A stretch of 64,000 bases of DNA from an uncultured Alphaproteobacteria bacterium (GTDB taxonomy: Bacteria; Pseudomonadota; Alphaproteobacteria; Rhizobiales; Beijerinckiaceae): the NCBI GenBank assembly GCA_963699455.1, contig CAVOTY010000006.1, positions 1,392,944 through 1,456,943 of the forward strand, read 5' to 3'. Every line of letters starts with the position of its first letter. Position 1 is the first letter of the stretch. This document shows positions 1 to 10,045 of this stretch, piece by piece. Both the position numbers and the translations under genes were made by a program. The notes under the pieces are model-generated. The model had not been told where the DNA came from. It saw nothing but the letters and a program-made list of their open reading frames with translations, and did not search any database.

Positions 1-248
1 GGCATTTCGAATTCTCCCGCGCGTGACCTTTAACGCAAACAATGGACGCACAAAAGCCAAGATTGACCTTCGATTATCACTTTCTTTACTCAAACTCACA
101 CTTTTCCGCGCGACACCCTAAACATAAAGGATTACCAAAATCAGTCGGCTCGGTGTTTGACCGTACCGACCCGCGGATTCAATTGTTAACGCACGGCCTC
201 GGCCAAGGGTTCCGTGGGCTTGGCCGGAAAATAATCGCGCGGGTTCAA

Positions 249-1829
249 TCATTCCGGCTTTTGTCCAAGAGCGAGTCGCTCCCCGGCGAGTCTCGCCGCT
301 TCCGCGCCCGAAAGAATCGCGCCATTGAAGCCGTGTTCGCCGCCAAACGACGAGGCGAGATACAATCCGCCAATCGGCGTGCGCGGCGTGCGCGGAAATC
401 CCGACAGCATGGGCTCCTCCGGGGGAAGCGGCTCGAATCCGTAAACCGCGCCTTGCGGAGTGTTGAGGTAGTTCGCCATCGAATAGGCATTCAGCAGCAC
501 GCGCTCCGACACGAGACCGGAAAAGCCGGGATAATCGCGGTCCAGGGCGCCCTGCAGAGTATCGAGCCAGCGCTCGCGCCGCGTCGCCGATTGTTCGCGT
601 GTGAGGCCCGCCCAATTGCTCAACGTGTCCAGGCCGAGGACGCTGACCAACACGGGAGGCTCGTCCCACAATTCCGAATCGACCGCCGTGAAATTGGCGA
701 TGGAGTAGAGCGGAGACGGGCCGGCGGGATCGGCGCCCATGGCGCCGGCTCCATCGCCGTATTGCGAAAAGCGCGTCATGGCGTCCGGCAGCACGATGGA
801 ACAATAATCGCGCAGCCCTACGTTGGCGGGCTTTTCGCGAAGCCCGAAATTCGCTGAAAACAACGAGGTCGAAAGCGCCCGCGTCCCAAACTCGTCCACC
901 ATGCGCGCGCGCGCCGGAGCGGGCAGCAGCTCGGCGGCGACGCTCGGCGCGCAATTGGCCATCACGACGCGCGCCGAAATTTCCGCTTCATCCTCGCCGC
1001 TCTTGCGCGCGACATGCCTCACCCCAGTCACCTCGCCCGCTGCGTTGGTCATGATCGCGGTCGCGCTTCGGCCCAGCTTCACGACGCCGCCCGCCTTGGT
1101 GATGACCTTGGCGAGTTTGAGGCTCAATTGCCGCGAGCCTCCTTTTATATATGCGCCGCCCGCGGCGATGTTGGCCCCCTGGGCCAAGGCATAATAGGTC
1201 CACCAGGTGCGCCGGGGGTCGTCGCCAAAATAAAGCAGATTTGCTCCCAGCGCGCATTTGAGCGCCTCGGCCCCGCCAAATCGCGCGTCGAACATTTCGT
1301 CGAGCGTGTCGTTCCAGCCGGAGGCGACGGGCGCGAGTTCCCACAGCGCGCGGTTGAATTTGGCGACCGACCCGGTTTCGCGCGCCATTCTGACGGTCCA
1401 CAGCGAATCATGGATTCGCTCCATGTCGCCAAGCAACTCGCGAATCGGTTGCGCCTTGTCGGGAAAGCGCGTCGCCAGGGCGTCGTAAGCGGCGTCAAAG
1501 CCGGCCGGCAGCGCGAAATTCTCGCCAACCGGCCCGCCGCGCACATTATGCAGCTCGGCGGTGGGCAGCCATTCGATCTCGTCGAGAACGCCAAGTTGCT
1601 GGAGGATGGCGTGTTTCACGTCGCGCGGACTGCGGGCGTCGGAGGTCTGGTGCAGCGAAGCCTCGATGGTGAGACCGCCGACTCGGTAAACCGAGGCGGC
1701 TCCGCCAAGACTGTAATTTCGCTCCAGCAGGCAGACGCTAAAGCCCGCCTTGGCGAGCAAGGCCCCGGCGGTAAGACCGCCAAGCCCGGAGCCGACCACC
1801 ACGGCGTCGAATTTTTTGATTTCGGTCAT
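249..1829 (-). CDS. FAD/NAD(P)-dependent oxidoreductase, phytoene-desaturase/amine-oxidase (CrtI-like) family
   Basis: 526-aa ORF with an N-terminal dinucleotide-binding motif (FDAVVVGSGLGGLTAG...LERN..LGG). Family-level resemblance only. Confidence 0.75.
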   Translation of the reverse strand: MTEIKKFDAVVVGSGLGGLTAGALLAKAGFSVCLLERNYSLGGAASVYRVGGLTIEASLHQTSDARSPRDVKHAILQQLGVLDEIEWLPTAELHNVRGGPVGENFALPAGFDAAYDALATRFPDKAQPIRELLGDMERIHDSLWTVRMARETGSVAKFNRALWELAPVASGWNDTLDEMFDARFGGAEALKCALGANLLYFGDDPRRTWWTYYALAQGANIAAGGAYIKGGSRQLSLKLAKVITKAGGVVKLGRSATAIMTNAAGEVTGVRHVARKSGEDEAEISARVVMANCAPSVAAELLPAPARARMVDEFGTRALSTSLFSANFGLREKPANVGLRDYCSIVLPDAMTRFSQYGDGAGAMGADPAGPSPLYSIANFTAVDSELWDEPPVLVSVLGLDTLSNWAGLTREQSATRRERWLDTLQGALDRDYPGFSGLVSERVLLNAYSMANYLNTPQGAVYGFEPLPPEEPMLSGFPRTPRTPIGGLYLASSFGGEHGFNGAILSGAEAARLAGERLALGQKPE

Positions 1830-2066
1830 TTTCGCCCTGATTCGCCGCGCCGCGCCAATCAGAAGGGTTTAGCGGCGACTTGCGCGGGAGGAAAGCGCCG
1901 CGGGAGAGGAAGGCGCGGCCTCCGCTTAACAGGCTGACTTGGGTGCGCCTTCCTCGCGAGGACAGAGGTGGTCCAAATCAGCGAATGTTCCGTCGGGCCA
2001 CCAGCCGCGGGGGGGCGAAGCTCGGCCGCTCGGCGCGAGGTTGAGACGCCGAGCCACCAAGCCGCC

Positions 2067-3746
2067 TCACATGTTCGGATAATTCGGCCCGCCGCCGCCC
2101 TCGGGCGGGACCCAGGTGATGTTTTGCGCCGGGTCCTTGATGTCGCAGGTTTTGCAGTGGACGCAGTTTTGCGCGTTGATGACGAAGCGCGGATCGCTCT
2201 TGGCCGCCTCGTCCGCGTAGACGATCTCGTAAACGCCCGCCGGGCAATAAAGGCGCGCCGGCTCGCCATAGCGCGGTAGATTTTCGCGCACGGGAATATC
2301 GGGGTCCGCGAGTTTCAGATGGACCGGCTGATCCTCCTCGTGATTGGTGTTGGAGACGAACACCGACGACAGCTTGTCGAACACGGTTTTCGCGGAAAGC
2401 TTCCGATAAACCTTGGGCGCCACCTCCGCTAGCGGCTTCAGAGCGGCGTAATCCGGCTTGCCGTGTTTCATCGTGCCGAAAAGCGAAAATCCGAACAGCT
2501 CGTTCGTCCACATATCGAACCCGCCGAGCGAGGCGCCGATGTAGGTGCCGTATTTCGACCACAGCGGCTTGACGTTTCGCACGGGCTTCAAATCGCGGCC
2601 GATATCGGAGCTCTTCCAGCCCGCGTCGTAATCGCCAATCTCGTCATGCGCGCGGCCTTGCGCAAGCGCATTGGCGACCGATTCCGCCGCGAAAATCCCC
2701 GACAGCATGGCATTGTGCGAGCCTTTTATGCGCGGGACGTTCATGAAGCCGGCCGCGCAGCCGACCAGCGCGCCGCCGGGAAAGGCGAGTTTCGGCACGC
2801 TCTGCCAACCGCCCTCGGTCAGCGCGCGGGCGCCATAGGAGATGCGCTCGCCGCCTTCCAGGATCGGCGCGATCATCGGATGCGCCTTGAAGCGCTGGAA
2901 TTCGTCGAAGGGGGAGAGCGTCGGGTTCGAATAGTTGAGGTGAACGACGAAACCGATCGACACCAGATCCTCGTCGAACTCGTAGAGAAACGAACCGCCG
3001 CCGGTGTCGGGATCAAGCGGCCAGCCGAAACTATGTCGCACCAGTCCGGCCTTGTGCCGTTCCTTGGGAATGCGCCACAACTCCTTGAATCCAATACCAA
3101 ATTTTTGCGGCTCGCAATTCTTGTCGAGGCCATATTTGGCGAGCAGCTGCTTGGTCAGCGAACCGCGCGCGCCCTCGGCAAACAAGGTGTATTTGCCACG
3201 CAACTCCATGCCGCGCGTAAAGCTGTCCTTGACATGGCCATCCTTGGCGATCCCCATGTCGCCGGTGGCGACGCCAAGCACCTCGCCACTGTCGCCGTAT
3301 AGAATTTCCGCGCCGGCGAACCCTGGATAAATCTCGACGCCGAGATTTTCCGCCTCCGCCGCCAGAAAGCGCACGACATTGCCGAGCGACCCCACGAAAT
3401 TCCCGTGGTTGTTCATCAGTTTCGGCATCAGAATGTTGGGCAGGCGGAAAGCGCCCGTTTCGGTGAACAAAAAGAATTGGTCTTCGCGCACCTGGGTTTT
3501 CAGTGGGCAATTCTCGTTGCTCCGCCACTCCGGCAGCAGCCGGTCAAGGCCCTTGGGGTCGATCACCGCGCCGGAGAGAATATGCGCGCCAGGTTCGGAG
3601 CCCTTCTCGAGCACCACGACCGAGAGATCGGCGTTGATCTGCTTGAGGCGAATCGCGGCGGAAAGTCCCGCCGGGCCCGCCCCGACGATCACCACATCGT
3701 AATCCATCGCGTCGCGTGGCGGCAGTTCCGTAATCTCCGAGTCCAT
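2067..3746 (-). CDS. electron-transfer flavoprotein:ubiquinone oxidoreductase (ETF-QO)
   Basis: N-terminal FAD motif YDVVIVGAGPAGLSAAIRL. C-terminal 4Fe-4S ferredoxin-like motif CPAGVYE...NAQNCVHCKTCDIKDP..I.W..PEGGGGP. ATG 3746 follows the SD GGGAGA; an alternative start lies at 3758. Confidence 0.9.
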   Translation of the reverse strand: MDSEITELPPRDAMDYDVVIVGAGPAGLSAAIRLKQINADLSVVVLEKGSEPGAHILSGAVIDPKGLDRLLPEWRSNENCPLKTQVREDQFFLFTETGAFRLPNILMPKLMNNHGNFVGSLGNVVRFLAAEAENLGVEIYPGFAGAEILYGDSGEVLGVATGDMGIAKDGHVKDSFTRGMELRGKYTLFAEGARGSLTKQLLAKYGLDKNCEPQKFGIGFKELWRIPKERHKAGLVRHSFGWPLDPDTGGGSFLYEFDEDLVSIGFVVHLNYSNPTLSPFDEFQRFKAHPMIAPILEGGERISYGARALTEGGWQSVPKLAFPGGALVGCAAGFMNVPRIKGSHNAMLSGIFAAESVANALAQGRAHDEIGDYDAGWKSSDIGRDLKPVRNVKPLWSKYGTYIGASLGGFDMWTNELFGFSLFGTMKHGKPDYAALKPLAEVAPKVYRKLSAKTVFDKLSSVFVSNTNHEEDQPVHLKLADPDIPVRENLPRYGEPARLYCPAGVYEIVYADEAAKSDPRFVINAQNCVHCKTCDIKDPAQNITWVPPEGGGGPNYPNM

Positions 3747-3967
3747 GATTTCTCCCATTTCGGCGAGGTCGCGGAACGCCTCTCGCCTTTTTCCTCAGTC
3801 TATCCGTTTTGCCGGCCAGCGCCAAAATCTCCTGTCCGCCCCTCATGCGAGGCTCGGCGGGCTCCCGCGGCGGTGGCGCCGTTGGCGATTCCGCTTTATG
3901 AGCGTTGAGCGGTCGAGCCTCTGGACATTTAGCGGATTTCGACGGCGGCCCTCGAGGGAAATGCGAC

Positions 3968-4945
3968 ATGAAACGCGGCGTGTTCGCGGCGATTCTCATT
4001 GGCGTGGGGATCGCATGGCTGGTCTGGGGCGGCGCGCCCAAGCAGGACGACGCCTATCTTGGCTATGTCGAGGGCGATCTCCTTTATATTGGCCCCGTCG
4101 AGGGCGAGCGGCTCGCCACTCTAGCCCAGGAGGTCGGGGCGCGGGTGGAACCCGGCGCTCCGCTGTTTTCGATGGAAACGCCCCTGCTCGACGCGCAGCA
4201 CAAGGAGGCCGCCGCCCGAATCGCTCAGACGGAGGCCCAACTCGACAATCTGAAGGCCGCGCTCAACCGGCCGCAACAGGTGGCCGTGCTAAAAGCGGGC
4301 GTCGAACGCGCCAAGGCCGCGCTAAAACTTTCGCAACTCACCTTTGATCGCCAAAAAACGCTTTATGCCGAGCACGACATAGCCAAGGCGACCCTGGACA
4401 ATGCGCAAATGGCGCTTTCGCGCGACGAGGCGACGCTGGCCGAAGCCAGGCGCCAGGTCGACGCGGCCCTGCTGACCGGACGCTCGCAGGAGATCAACGC
4501 CGCGGAAGCCGCGCTCCGCCAGGCGCGAGCGCAACTCGGGCAGCTCGAAATTCGTATCGGCAGGCAAAAGGTTTTCGCGCCGACAAGCGGCGTCGTGCAG
4601 GACGTGTTTTTTCGCCCCGGCGAAATGGTCAACGCCGGCCAGCCCGTGCTGAGCCTGCTGCCGCCGGAAAACCGCAAGGCGCGCTTTTATGTCCCGCAGG
4701 CGCAACTCGCGCGGATCAAATTGGGCGGAGAAGCGCACATCTCCTGCGACGGCTGCGCCAACGACTTGCACGCGCGCATCTATTTCATCGCCGGACATGA
4801 GGAGTATACGCCGCCAGTGATTTTTAGCGACGAGGAGCGCGAGAAACTGGTGTTCAAGATCGAGGCGCGCATGGAGGGCGCGGCGCGCGAACTACCGCTT
4901 GGTCTGCCGCTGCGCATGCGCCTCGACGGCGGCGGCGCGAAATGA
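3968..4945 (+). CDS. HlyD-family membrane-fusion/secretion protein
   Basis: N-terminal TM helix (GVFAAILIGVGIAWLVWGG), a long coiled-coil region and a beta-barrel C-terminus. ATGA overlap with the downstream ABC ATPase. Confidence 0.8.
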   Translation: MKRGVFAAILIGVGIAWLVWGGAPKQDDAYLGYVEGDLLYIGPVEGERLATLAQEVGARVEPGAPLFSMETPLLDAQHKEAAARIAQTEAQLDNLKAALNRPQQVAVLKAGVERAKAALKLSQLTFDRQKTLYAEHDIAKATLDNAQMALSRDEATLAEARRQVDAALLTGRSQEINAAEAALRQARAQLGQLEIRIGRQKVFAPTSGVVQDVFFRPGEMVNAGQPVLSLLPPENRKARFYVPQAQLARIKLGGEAHISCDGCANDLHARIYFIAGHEEYTPPVIFSDEEREKLVFKIEARMEGAARELPLGLPLRMRLDGGGAK

Positions 4946-5877
4946 GCTCGGGCGACCCGGACATCGTTATCGACGTCGAGGGACTGACCAAATTCTTTGG
5001 AACGAAGAAGGTCGTTGACAATCTTTCGCTGCGCGTCGAGCGCGGCATGATTTATGGCTTTCTGGGCCCAAACGGCAGCGGCAAGACCACGACCATCCGC
5101 ATGCTCTGCGGGCTTTTGACGCCAGACGCCGGACGCGGGACCTGCCTTGGCTACGACATACGCACGCAGCAAATGGAGATAAAGCCGCGCGTCGGCTATA
5201 TGACGCAACGGTTTTCGCTTTATGGCGACCTCACTATCCGCGAAAATCTGGAGTTCGTGGCGCGAATTTATGGTCTGCGCGATCCCGCGGGGGCGGCTTG
5301 GGCGGCATTGGTGCGGCTTGGGCTGCGCGCCCGCGCCGACCAACTGGCGAGCGAGCTTTCCGGCGGTTGGAAACAGCGGTTGGCGCTCGGCGCGTGCACG
5401 CTGCCCGACCCCGCGCTGCTGTTGCTCGACGAGCCCACCGCCGGCGTCGACCCTAAGGCGCGCCGCGATTTTTGGGAGGAAATTCACCGCCTTGCCGCCA
5501 ATGGCCTCACGGTTTTGGTTTCGACTCACTACATGGACGAAGCCGAACGCTGTCATAAAGTCGCTTACATCGCGGCGGGCCGTCTGCTCGTGTCCGGCTC
5601 TACCGCGGAAATCGTCGCGCAAGCGGGGCTCGCGACCTATATCGTCATGGGGCCCGACCTTAGCGAGCTGTCGCGAAAACTCTCCGCGACGCCCGGCGTC
5701 GAAATGGTCGCGCTGTTCGGCTTGGCTCTGCACGTCTCCAGCCGCGACGCGGCGCGGCTGGACGAAATCGCCGCCGAGTTCGCCAGCGATCCCTCTCACG
5801 TCTGGAGAAAGGGCGTTCCGACGCTGGAAGACGTATTCATCGATTTAATGATTCAGACCGGCGGGGCGCCACAATGA
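4942..5877 (+). CDS. ABC transporter ATP-binding protein (ABC-2 type exporter)
   Basis: Walker A GPNGSGKTT, signature LSGGWKQRL, Walker B LLLLDEPTAGVD. Confidence 0.9.
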   Translation: MSSGDPDIVIDVEGLTKFFGTKKVVDNLSLRVERGMIYGFLGPNGSGKTTTIRMLCGLLTPDAGRGTCLGYDIRTQQMEIKPRVGYMTQRFSLYGDLTIRENLEFVARIYGLRDPAGAAWAALVRLGLRARADQLASELSGGWKQRLALGACTLPDPALLLLDEPTAGVDPKARRDFWEEIHRLAANGLTVLVSTHYMDEAERCHKVAYIAAGRLLVSGSTAEIVAQAGLATYIVMGPDLSELSRKLSATPGVEMVALFGLALHVSSRDAARLDEIAAEFASDPSHVWRKGVPTLEDVFIDLMIQTGGAPQ

Positions 5878-7046
5878 ATGTGCTTCCAAGCGAAAGCCCG
5901 CGCTCTCGCAAGGGCCTCGCCGCCGCATTGCAGCGCCTCTATGCGATTTTCGTCAAGGAATTTTTGCAACTGCGGCGCGATCGCGGCACGCTTGGAATGA
6001 TCGTCGCCATTCCGCTGATGCAGCTAACCTTGTTTGGCTATGCGATCAACACCGACCCCAAGCACCTGCCGACCGCGTTGCTCGTCCAAGACGACGGACC
6101 GTTGGCGCGAAGCATCGTCGGCGCGCTGCGCGCCACCGACTATTTCAACATCCTCCGCGCCGCGAAGAGCGACGCCGACGCCGACCGGATGATCCTCTCC
6201 AACGAGGCGCAATTCGTCATCGAGATTCCCGCCGACTTCGACTATCGACTCGTCCACGGCGAGAACCCGGCCGTGCTGATCGTCGCCGACGCCACCGATC
6301 CCACGGCGACCGCCGGCGCCGTCGGCGCGGCGACGGGCGCCGTCGCGGGCGCGCTGGAACGCGAACTGACGGGGCCGCTCGCTTATCTCGCGCAAAAACC
6401 GGCGCCATTCGAGCTGCGCGTGCAGCGGCGCTACAACCCGGCGGGCGAAGCGCGCCGCAACATCGTGCCCGGGCTGATCGGCACGATCTTGACGATGACC
6501 ATGCTGATTTTCACCAGTATTTCCGTCACCAAGGAGATCGAGCGCGGCACGATGGAGGCGCTGCTCGCCATGCCCGTAAAGCCAGTCGAGATCATGCTGG
6601 GCAAAATCCTGCCCTATGTCGTGGTTGGAGGCGTGCAGATGGCCATAGTGCTGGTGGTCGCGACTTTCCTTTTTCACGTGCCCATCGTCGGATCGCTGAT
6701 GACGTTGATCCCGCTAACGCTGCTGTTCATCACCGCCAATCTCTCGATCGGCTATACATTTTCGACGATCGCCACCAATCAGGTGCAGGCGTTCCAGATG
6801 TCCTTCATGTTTTTCCTGCCGAGCATGCTGCTGTCCGGTTTTTTGTTTCCATTCCGGGGAATGCCCGATTGGGCACAGAACATCGGCTCGATCTTGCCGC
6901 TCACTCATTATCTGCGTATCGTTCGCTCGGTGATGCTCAAGGGTTCAGGGTTCGCCGAGCTATCCGCCGATAGCTGGCCGCTGGCCGTATTCGCGCTTGT
7001 CGCGATGAGCGTCGCCATCAAGCGCTTTCGGCAGACGCTGGACTGA
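5874..7046 (+). CDS. ABC-2 type transporter permease
   Basis: 390-aa polytopic protein, translationally coupled (ATGA) to the ATPase. Typical ABC-2 C-terminal six-TM block. Confidence 0.85.
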   Translation: MNVLPSESPRSRKGLAAALQRLYAIFVKEFLQLRRDRGTLGMIVAIPLMQLTLFGYAINTDPKHLPTALLVQDDGPLARSIVGALRATDYFNILRAAKSDADADRMILSNEAQFVIEIPADFDYRLVHGENPAVLIVADATDPTATAGAVGAATGAVAGALERELTGPLAYLAQKPAPFELRVQRRYNPAGEARRNIVPGLIGTILTMTMLIFTSISVTKEIERGTMEALLAMPVKPVEIMLGKILPYVVVGGVQMAIVLVVATFLFHVPIVGSLMTLIPLTLLFITANLSIGYTFSTIATNQVQAFQMSFMFFLPSMLLSGFLFPFRGMPDWAQNIGSILPLTHYLRIVRSVMLKGSGFAELSADSWPLAVFALVAMSVAIKRFRQTLD

Positions 7047-7292
7047 CAAGATTTCAAGCACTTGACCGGCGCGTCATGACAGCGCTTCAATAACCGAGCG
7101 CTATCGCGCGAAGGCTCCCCGCGGCCGGAAAATTCCGCCTGCGACGTTATGGCTTGCCTTTAATGTGAGAAAGTCACGGATGGGCGCCTATATTTTGTTA
7201 GCTTGCCCTGCCCCGGTCTCGTTGCGCGCACGCGAAAATCGGAGGCCGGCCAAATATCACGCGCGAATGAACGCGCCTCAAGGGAGATCCGC

Positions 7293-7976
7293 ATGAGCCT
7301 GCAAAAGAAATCCTCTCGTAAAACCTTGCGTTGCCTGGCGGCATCGACGGTCGCGCTGGTCTTTTCGGCGGGTGTCGCCTTGGCTCAGGCTCCGCAAGGC
7401 GGGCCGGCGCCGAGCAGCGGCATGGACCACGGCGCCATGGGCCATGACATGAAGGGCATGGGCGACATGAAGGGCATGGGCGGCGGCGGCATGATGGGCG
7501 GCATGGGCGGCATGGACCACGGCGGCGGCGGCATGGGCGGCATGGACCACGGCGGTGGCGGCATGGGCGGCATGGGCGGCATGATGCGCCACATGCTTTG
7601 CGGCGTGACCGAGCATGTCGAGGGACGCCTCGCCTATCTCAAGGCGGAGTTGAAGATCACCGACGCGCAACAGGCGGCATGGAACACGTTCGCCGACGCC
7701 TATCGCGCGACCACGCAAAAAACCGCCAAGGCGTGCGCCGCCATGGACGCCGCTGGCGCCGACCATGCGGCCCATAAGGGAGTGCTCGGACATTTGAGGA
7801 TGATGGAGACTCACATGAGCGACCATCTCAACTCGGTGCGCGGACTGAAGGCGGCGATCGAGCCGCTCTTCAACGTGCTGAATGAGGAACAGAAGAAGTC
7901 GGCGGACCACGCCCTGACCCACGTGATGGGTGTCGGCATGCAAATGGGCGGCGGCATGGGCCAAATGGGGCATTAA
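7293..7976 (+). CDS. periplasmic Met/His/Gly-rich protein with Spy/CpxP-like (LTxxQ) C-terminal domain; putative metal (Cu) binding
   Basis: SD AAGGGAG before the ATG. Signal peptide ...VALAQA. Low-complexity block MDHGAMGHDMKGMGDMKGMGGGGMMGGMGGMDHGGGGMGGMDHGGGGMGGMGGMM. LTxxQ-like LKITDAQQAAW and LNEEQKK motifs. Confidence 0.7.
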   Translation: MSLQKKSSRKTLRCLAASTVALVFSAGVALAQAPQGGPAPSSGMDHGAMGHDMKGMGDMKGMGGGGMMGGMGGMDHGGGGMGGMDHGGGGMGGMGGMMRHMLCGVTEHVEGRLAYLKAELKITDAQQAAWNTFADAYRATTQKTAKACAAMDAAGADHAAHKGVLGHLRMMETHMSDHLNSVRGLKAAIEPLFNVLNEEQKKSADHALTHVMGVGMQMGGGMGQMGH

Positions 7977-8018
7977 CCCCTCGGTCGAGCGCCCACCAGC
8001 CGAGCCGATGCCGAAAAC

Positions 8019-8044
8019 GGCGGCGGCTCGGTTCAGCCGCCGCC
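8019..8044 (-). terminator. GC-rich hairpin overlapping the stop of the 670-aa ORF (possible terminator)
   Basis: GGCGGCGGCT-cggttc-AGCCGCCGCC, followed on the minus strand by GTTTTC. Confidence 0.4.
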
Positions 8045-10045
8045 AAAAAAGCCTTTTAGGGCGGCGAACAAACCCTTGGGAGGCGCGGGCGCGAGCGGCG
8101 CCTCGGCGGGCTCCATTTTGAGGCGCGTTCGCGCTTCCCGCGCGTCCACGACAAGTTTCGCGAGACGTCTTGCGCGCGATAGAGGCGTCCAAGCGCCATT
8201 CGCGCGATCCTCCAAATAGCGGCGCAGTTCCGCGCCGGTCTCGCCGTCTCCTTGATTTTCGAAGTAGGCGGCGGCGGCTTCAATGTCGGCCTCGTCGCTC
8301 AGCGTTCCGGCGAGCAGCGTCGGGTCAAAGCCATCGCCAGAAAGCTCGATGCGGGCGGCGCGCAGTTTTTGGGGCTCGGCCGCCTCCATCAGCACATCGA
8401 ATAGGCGCGCCTGCTCCGCGACCGAGGCTTGCGGAGCGATGACGCCCTCCATGCCGCAGGCCGCGGCGAAGCGATAGACAAGCGGCGTTTCGATCACGGC
8501 TTTAAGCGGAACCCCCACGCCCTCTCCCCAATCGGGTCTTCGCGCGAACGCCGCGGCGAGCGATGGATCGAAGCGAAACGCGGGATAGCCTCCAAGACGC
8601 GCCGCGAGGCTCCGCCCAGCCGGACTCGCCTCGCGCATCAAGGCCGTGAAACTCGACAGCATCCCCGGTTCCAGCGCCTCCCAGGCGCCGGAACCGTCGA
8701 GGCGGCCTTGGTACTCGGCTCGGGCCAAGGCGGCTTTCAGCGTCTGCGCGAATTTGTCGCGCCGCGTTTGCAGGCTGGCGGCGCGCTCGGCGACCGCGCG
8801 GACCATGCCGCCGGTCGGCGTGCTCTCTTGATCCGCGGCGCGGCGCAGGATTTCTTCAAGCAGCGGGTCATCCTCCCCGACCCGCCGCGCGGCGACGCCA
8901 TCGCCCTCGACGCGAAATAGGCGGATCGCCGCCGCTCCGGCGGGATCTTTGGGCAAGGCGGTAAGATCGCCCGCTTCGGCGATTCCGCTGACGAGGCCAA
9001 TGTCATCGCCGAGCGCCGCTCCGAAAAAATCGAGATCGAGCAGGCCGCCCCCGCCGGGCGCGTTCGGTCTTCCTGGAGAACCCATTGGCGCGTGGCGCCG
9101 CAACGCGAAACCATCGAACGGCGTTTCATCCGGCGATGTGAGTAGACGCAGCAAATTGGCGACAATGATTGAATCGTCCGACCACACCGCGTCGGGCTGC
9201 TCGTGAGGCTCGCCGATGGCTTGCCTGATGTCGTCGAAGCCCAGCGGCTCGACGACGGGTTCACCAGCGTCCTTCTGTTCGCGCGTCCAATCGCGCAGGC
9301 GTCGTCGTTGCTGCAATACCAAAACGACGCAAACGCGGCTCAGCAGATGAGCGCTCTCGTCGAGGGAGTCGGGCAGACGAACGCGCAGAATTGGGCGCGG
9401 AGCGCCGCTTTCGCGCAGCCATTGATCCATGATCGCGAACGGAGCCTCGCGCCGATCTTCATATTCCTCGAACGAAAGCGGCAGGGGCTCGATTGACAGC
9501 CGCGCGCGCGGGGCGGGAAACATCTGCCGCGCCGGCCATAGTCTCAAAACCCACGCCTCGCCGTCGGTCCGCGTCAACAAGCGCCGCTGCGCGTGGGCCC
9601 AGACGAGTCGAGCGCCGACGAGCGCCATTTGCTCGCGCGCGAATCGTTCGAAGTCGCCTCGCTGGCTGAAGGTGACGACGCGCTGGCTCGACGCCGCGGC
9701 GGCGCTCTCGGGCAAAAGGGTGAGCGCCAACCGCCAATCGCCGGCGCCGGCGCCGGGTTGATTTCTTTCAAGCGCCAATCGGAGCTCGGAACCGTCCGCC
9801 GCGAGTAATGCGACATGGTCGTGGCCGGGGGGCGCGTCAACGAGACAAGGGCCCGCGCGCCAGCGCGTTGCATCGATTCGATCGACAAAGGCGGCGCCGG
9901 CGGAAAAGCTCGCGTCCGCCGCCGAAACGATCGTCAAATCGGGATGAGGCCATTTCGGCGCGCCGAGCTCTTCGGCGTCGAAAAAACCGAGCAGCAGCCT
10001 TCGCTCGCCGTCCCAGAAAACATCCAGTTGCTCTCGCCACATCAA
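8033..10045 (-). CDS. hypothetical protein, 670 aa, acidic, no recognisable domain
   Basis: Long ORF with protein-like composition, unlike the Arg-rich antisense ORFs. No signal peptide or TM helix. No motif that I recognise. Confidence 0.6.
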   Translation of the reverse strand: MMWREQLDVFWDGERRLLLGFFDAEELGAPKWPHPDLTIVSAADASFSAGAAFVDRIDATRWRAGPCLVDAPPGHDHVALLAADGSELRLALERNQPGAGAGDWRLALTLLPESAAAASSQRVVTFSQRGDFERFAREQMALVGARLVWAHAQRRLLTRTDGEAWVLRLWPARQMFPAPRARLSIEPLPLSFEEYEDRREAPFAIMDQWLRESGAPRPILRVRLPDSLDESAHLLSRVCVVLVLQQRRRLRDWTREQKDAGEPVVEPLGFDDIRQAIGEPHEQPDAVWSDDSIIVANLLRLLTSPDETPFDGFALRRHAPMGSPGRPNAPGGGGLLDLDFFGAALGDDIGLVSGIAEAGDLTALPKDPAGAAAIRLFRVEGDGVAARRVGEDDPLLEEILRRAADQESTPTGGMVRAVAERAASLQTRRDKFAQTLKAALARAEYQGRLDGSGAWEALEPGMLSSFTALMREASPAGRSLAARLGGYPAFRFDPSLAAAFARRPDWGEGVGVPLKAVIETPLVYRFAAACGMEGVIAPQASVAEQARLFDVLMEAAEPQKLRAARIELSGDGFDPTLLAGTLSDEADIEAAAAYFENQGDGETGAELRRYLEDRANGAWTPLSRARRLAKLVVDAREARTRLKMEPAEAPLAPAPPKGLFAALKGFFGGG

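Noticed and set aside
42-954. ORFs 42..857 (+) and 118..954 (-) at the left edge.
   Set aside because: Both overlap the well-supported FAD-oxidoreductase gene (249..1829, minus) in other frames. Their composition is typical of spurious ORFs.
7430-7590. Short tandem repeats considered as a possible CRISPR or other non-coding array.
   Set aside because: The repeats are contiguous, with no spacers. They are in frame and lie inside a CDS encoding a Met/His/Gly tract.
8033-10045. The gene downstream of pmoB considered as pmoD.
   Set aside because: PmoD-type proteins are small exported cupredoxin-like proteins with a C-terminal TM helix. This ORF is 670 aa and cytoplasmic-looking, and it is separated from pmoB by a strong terminator.
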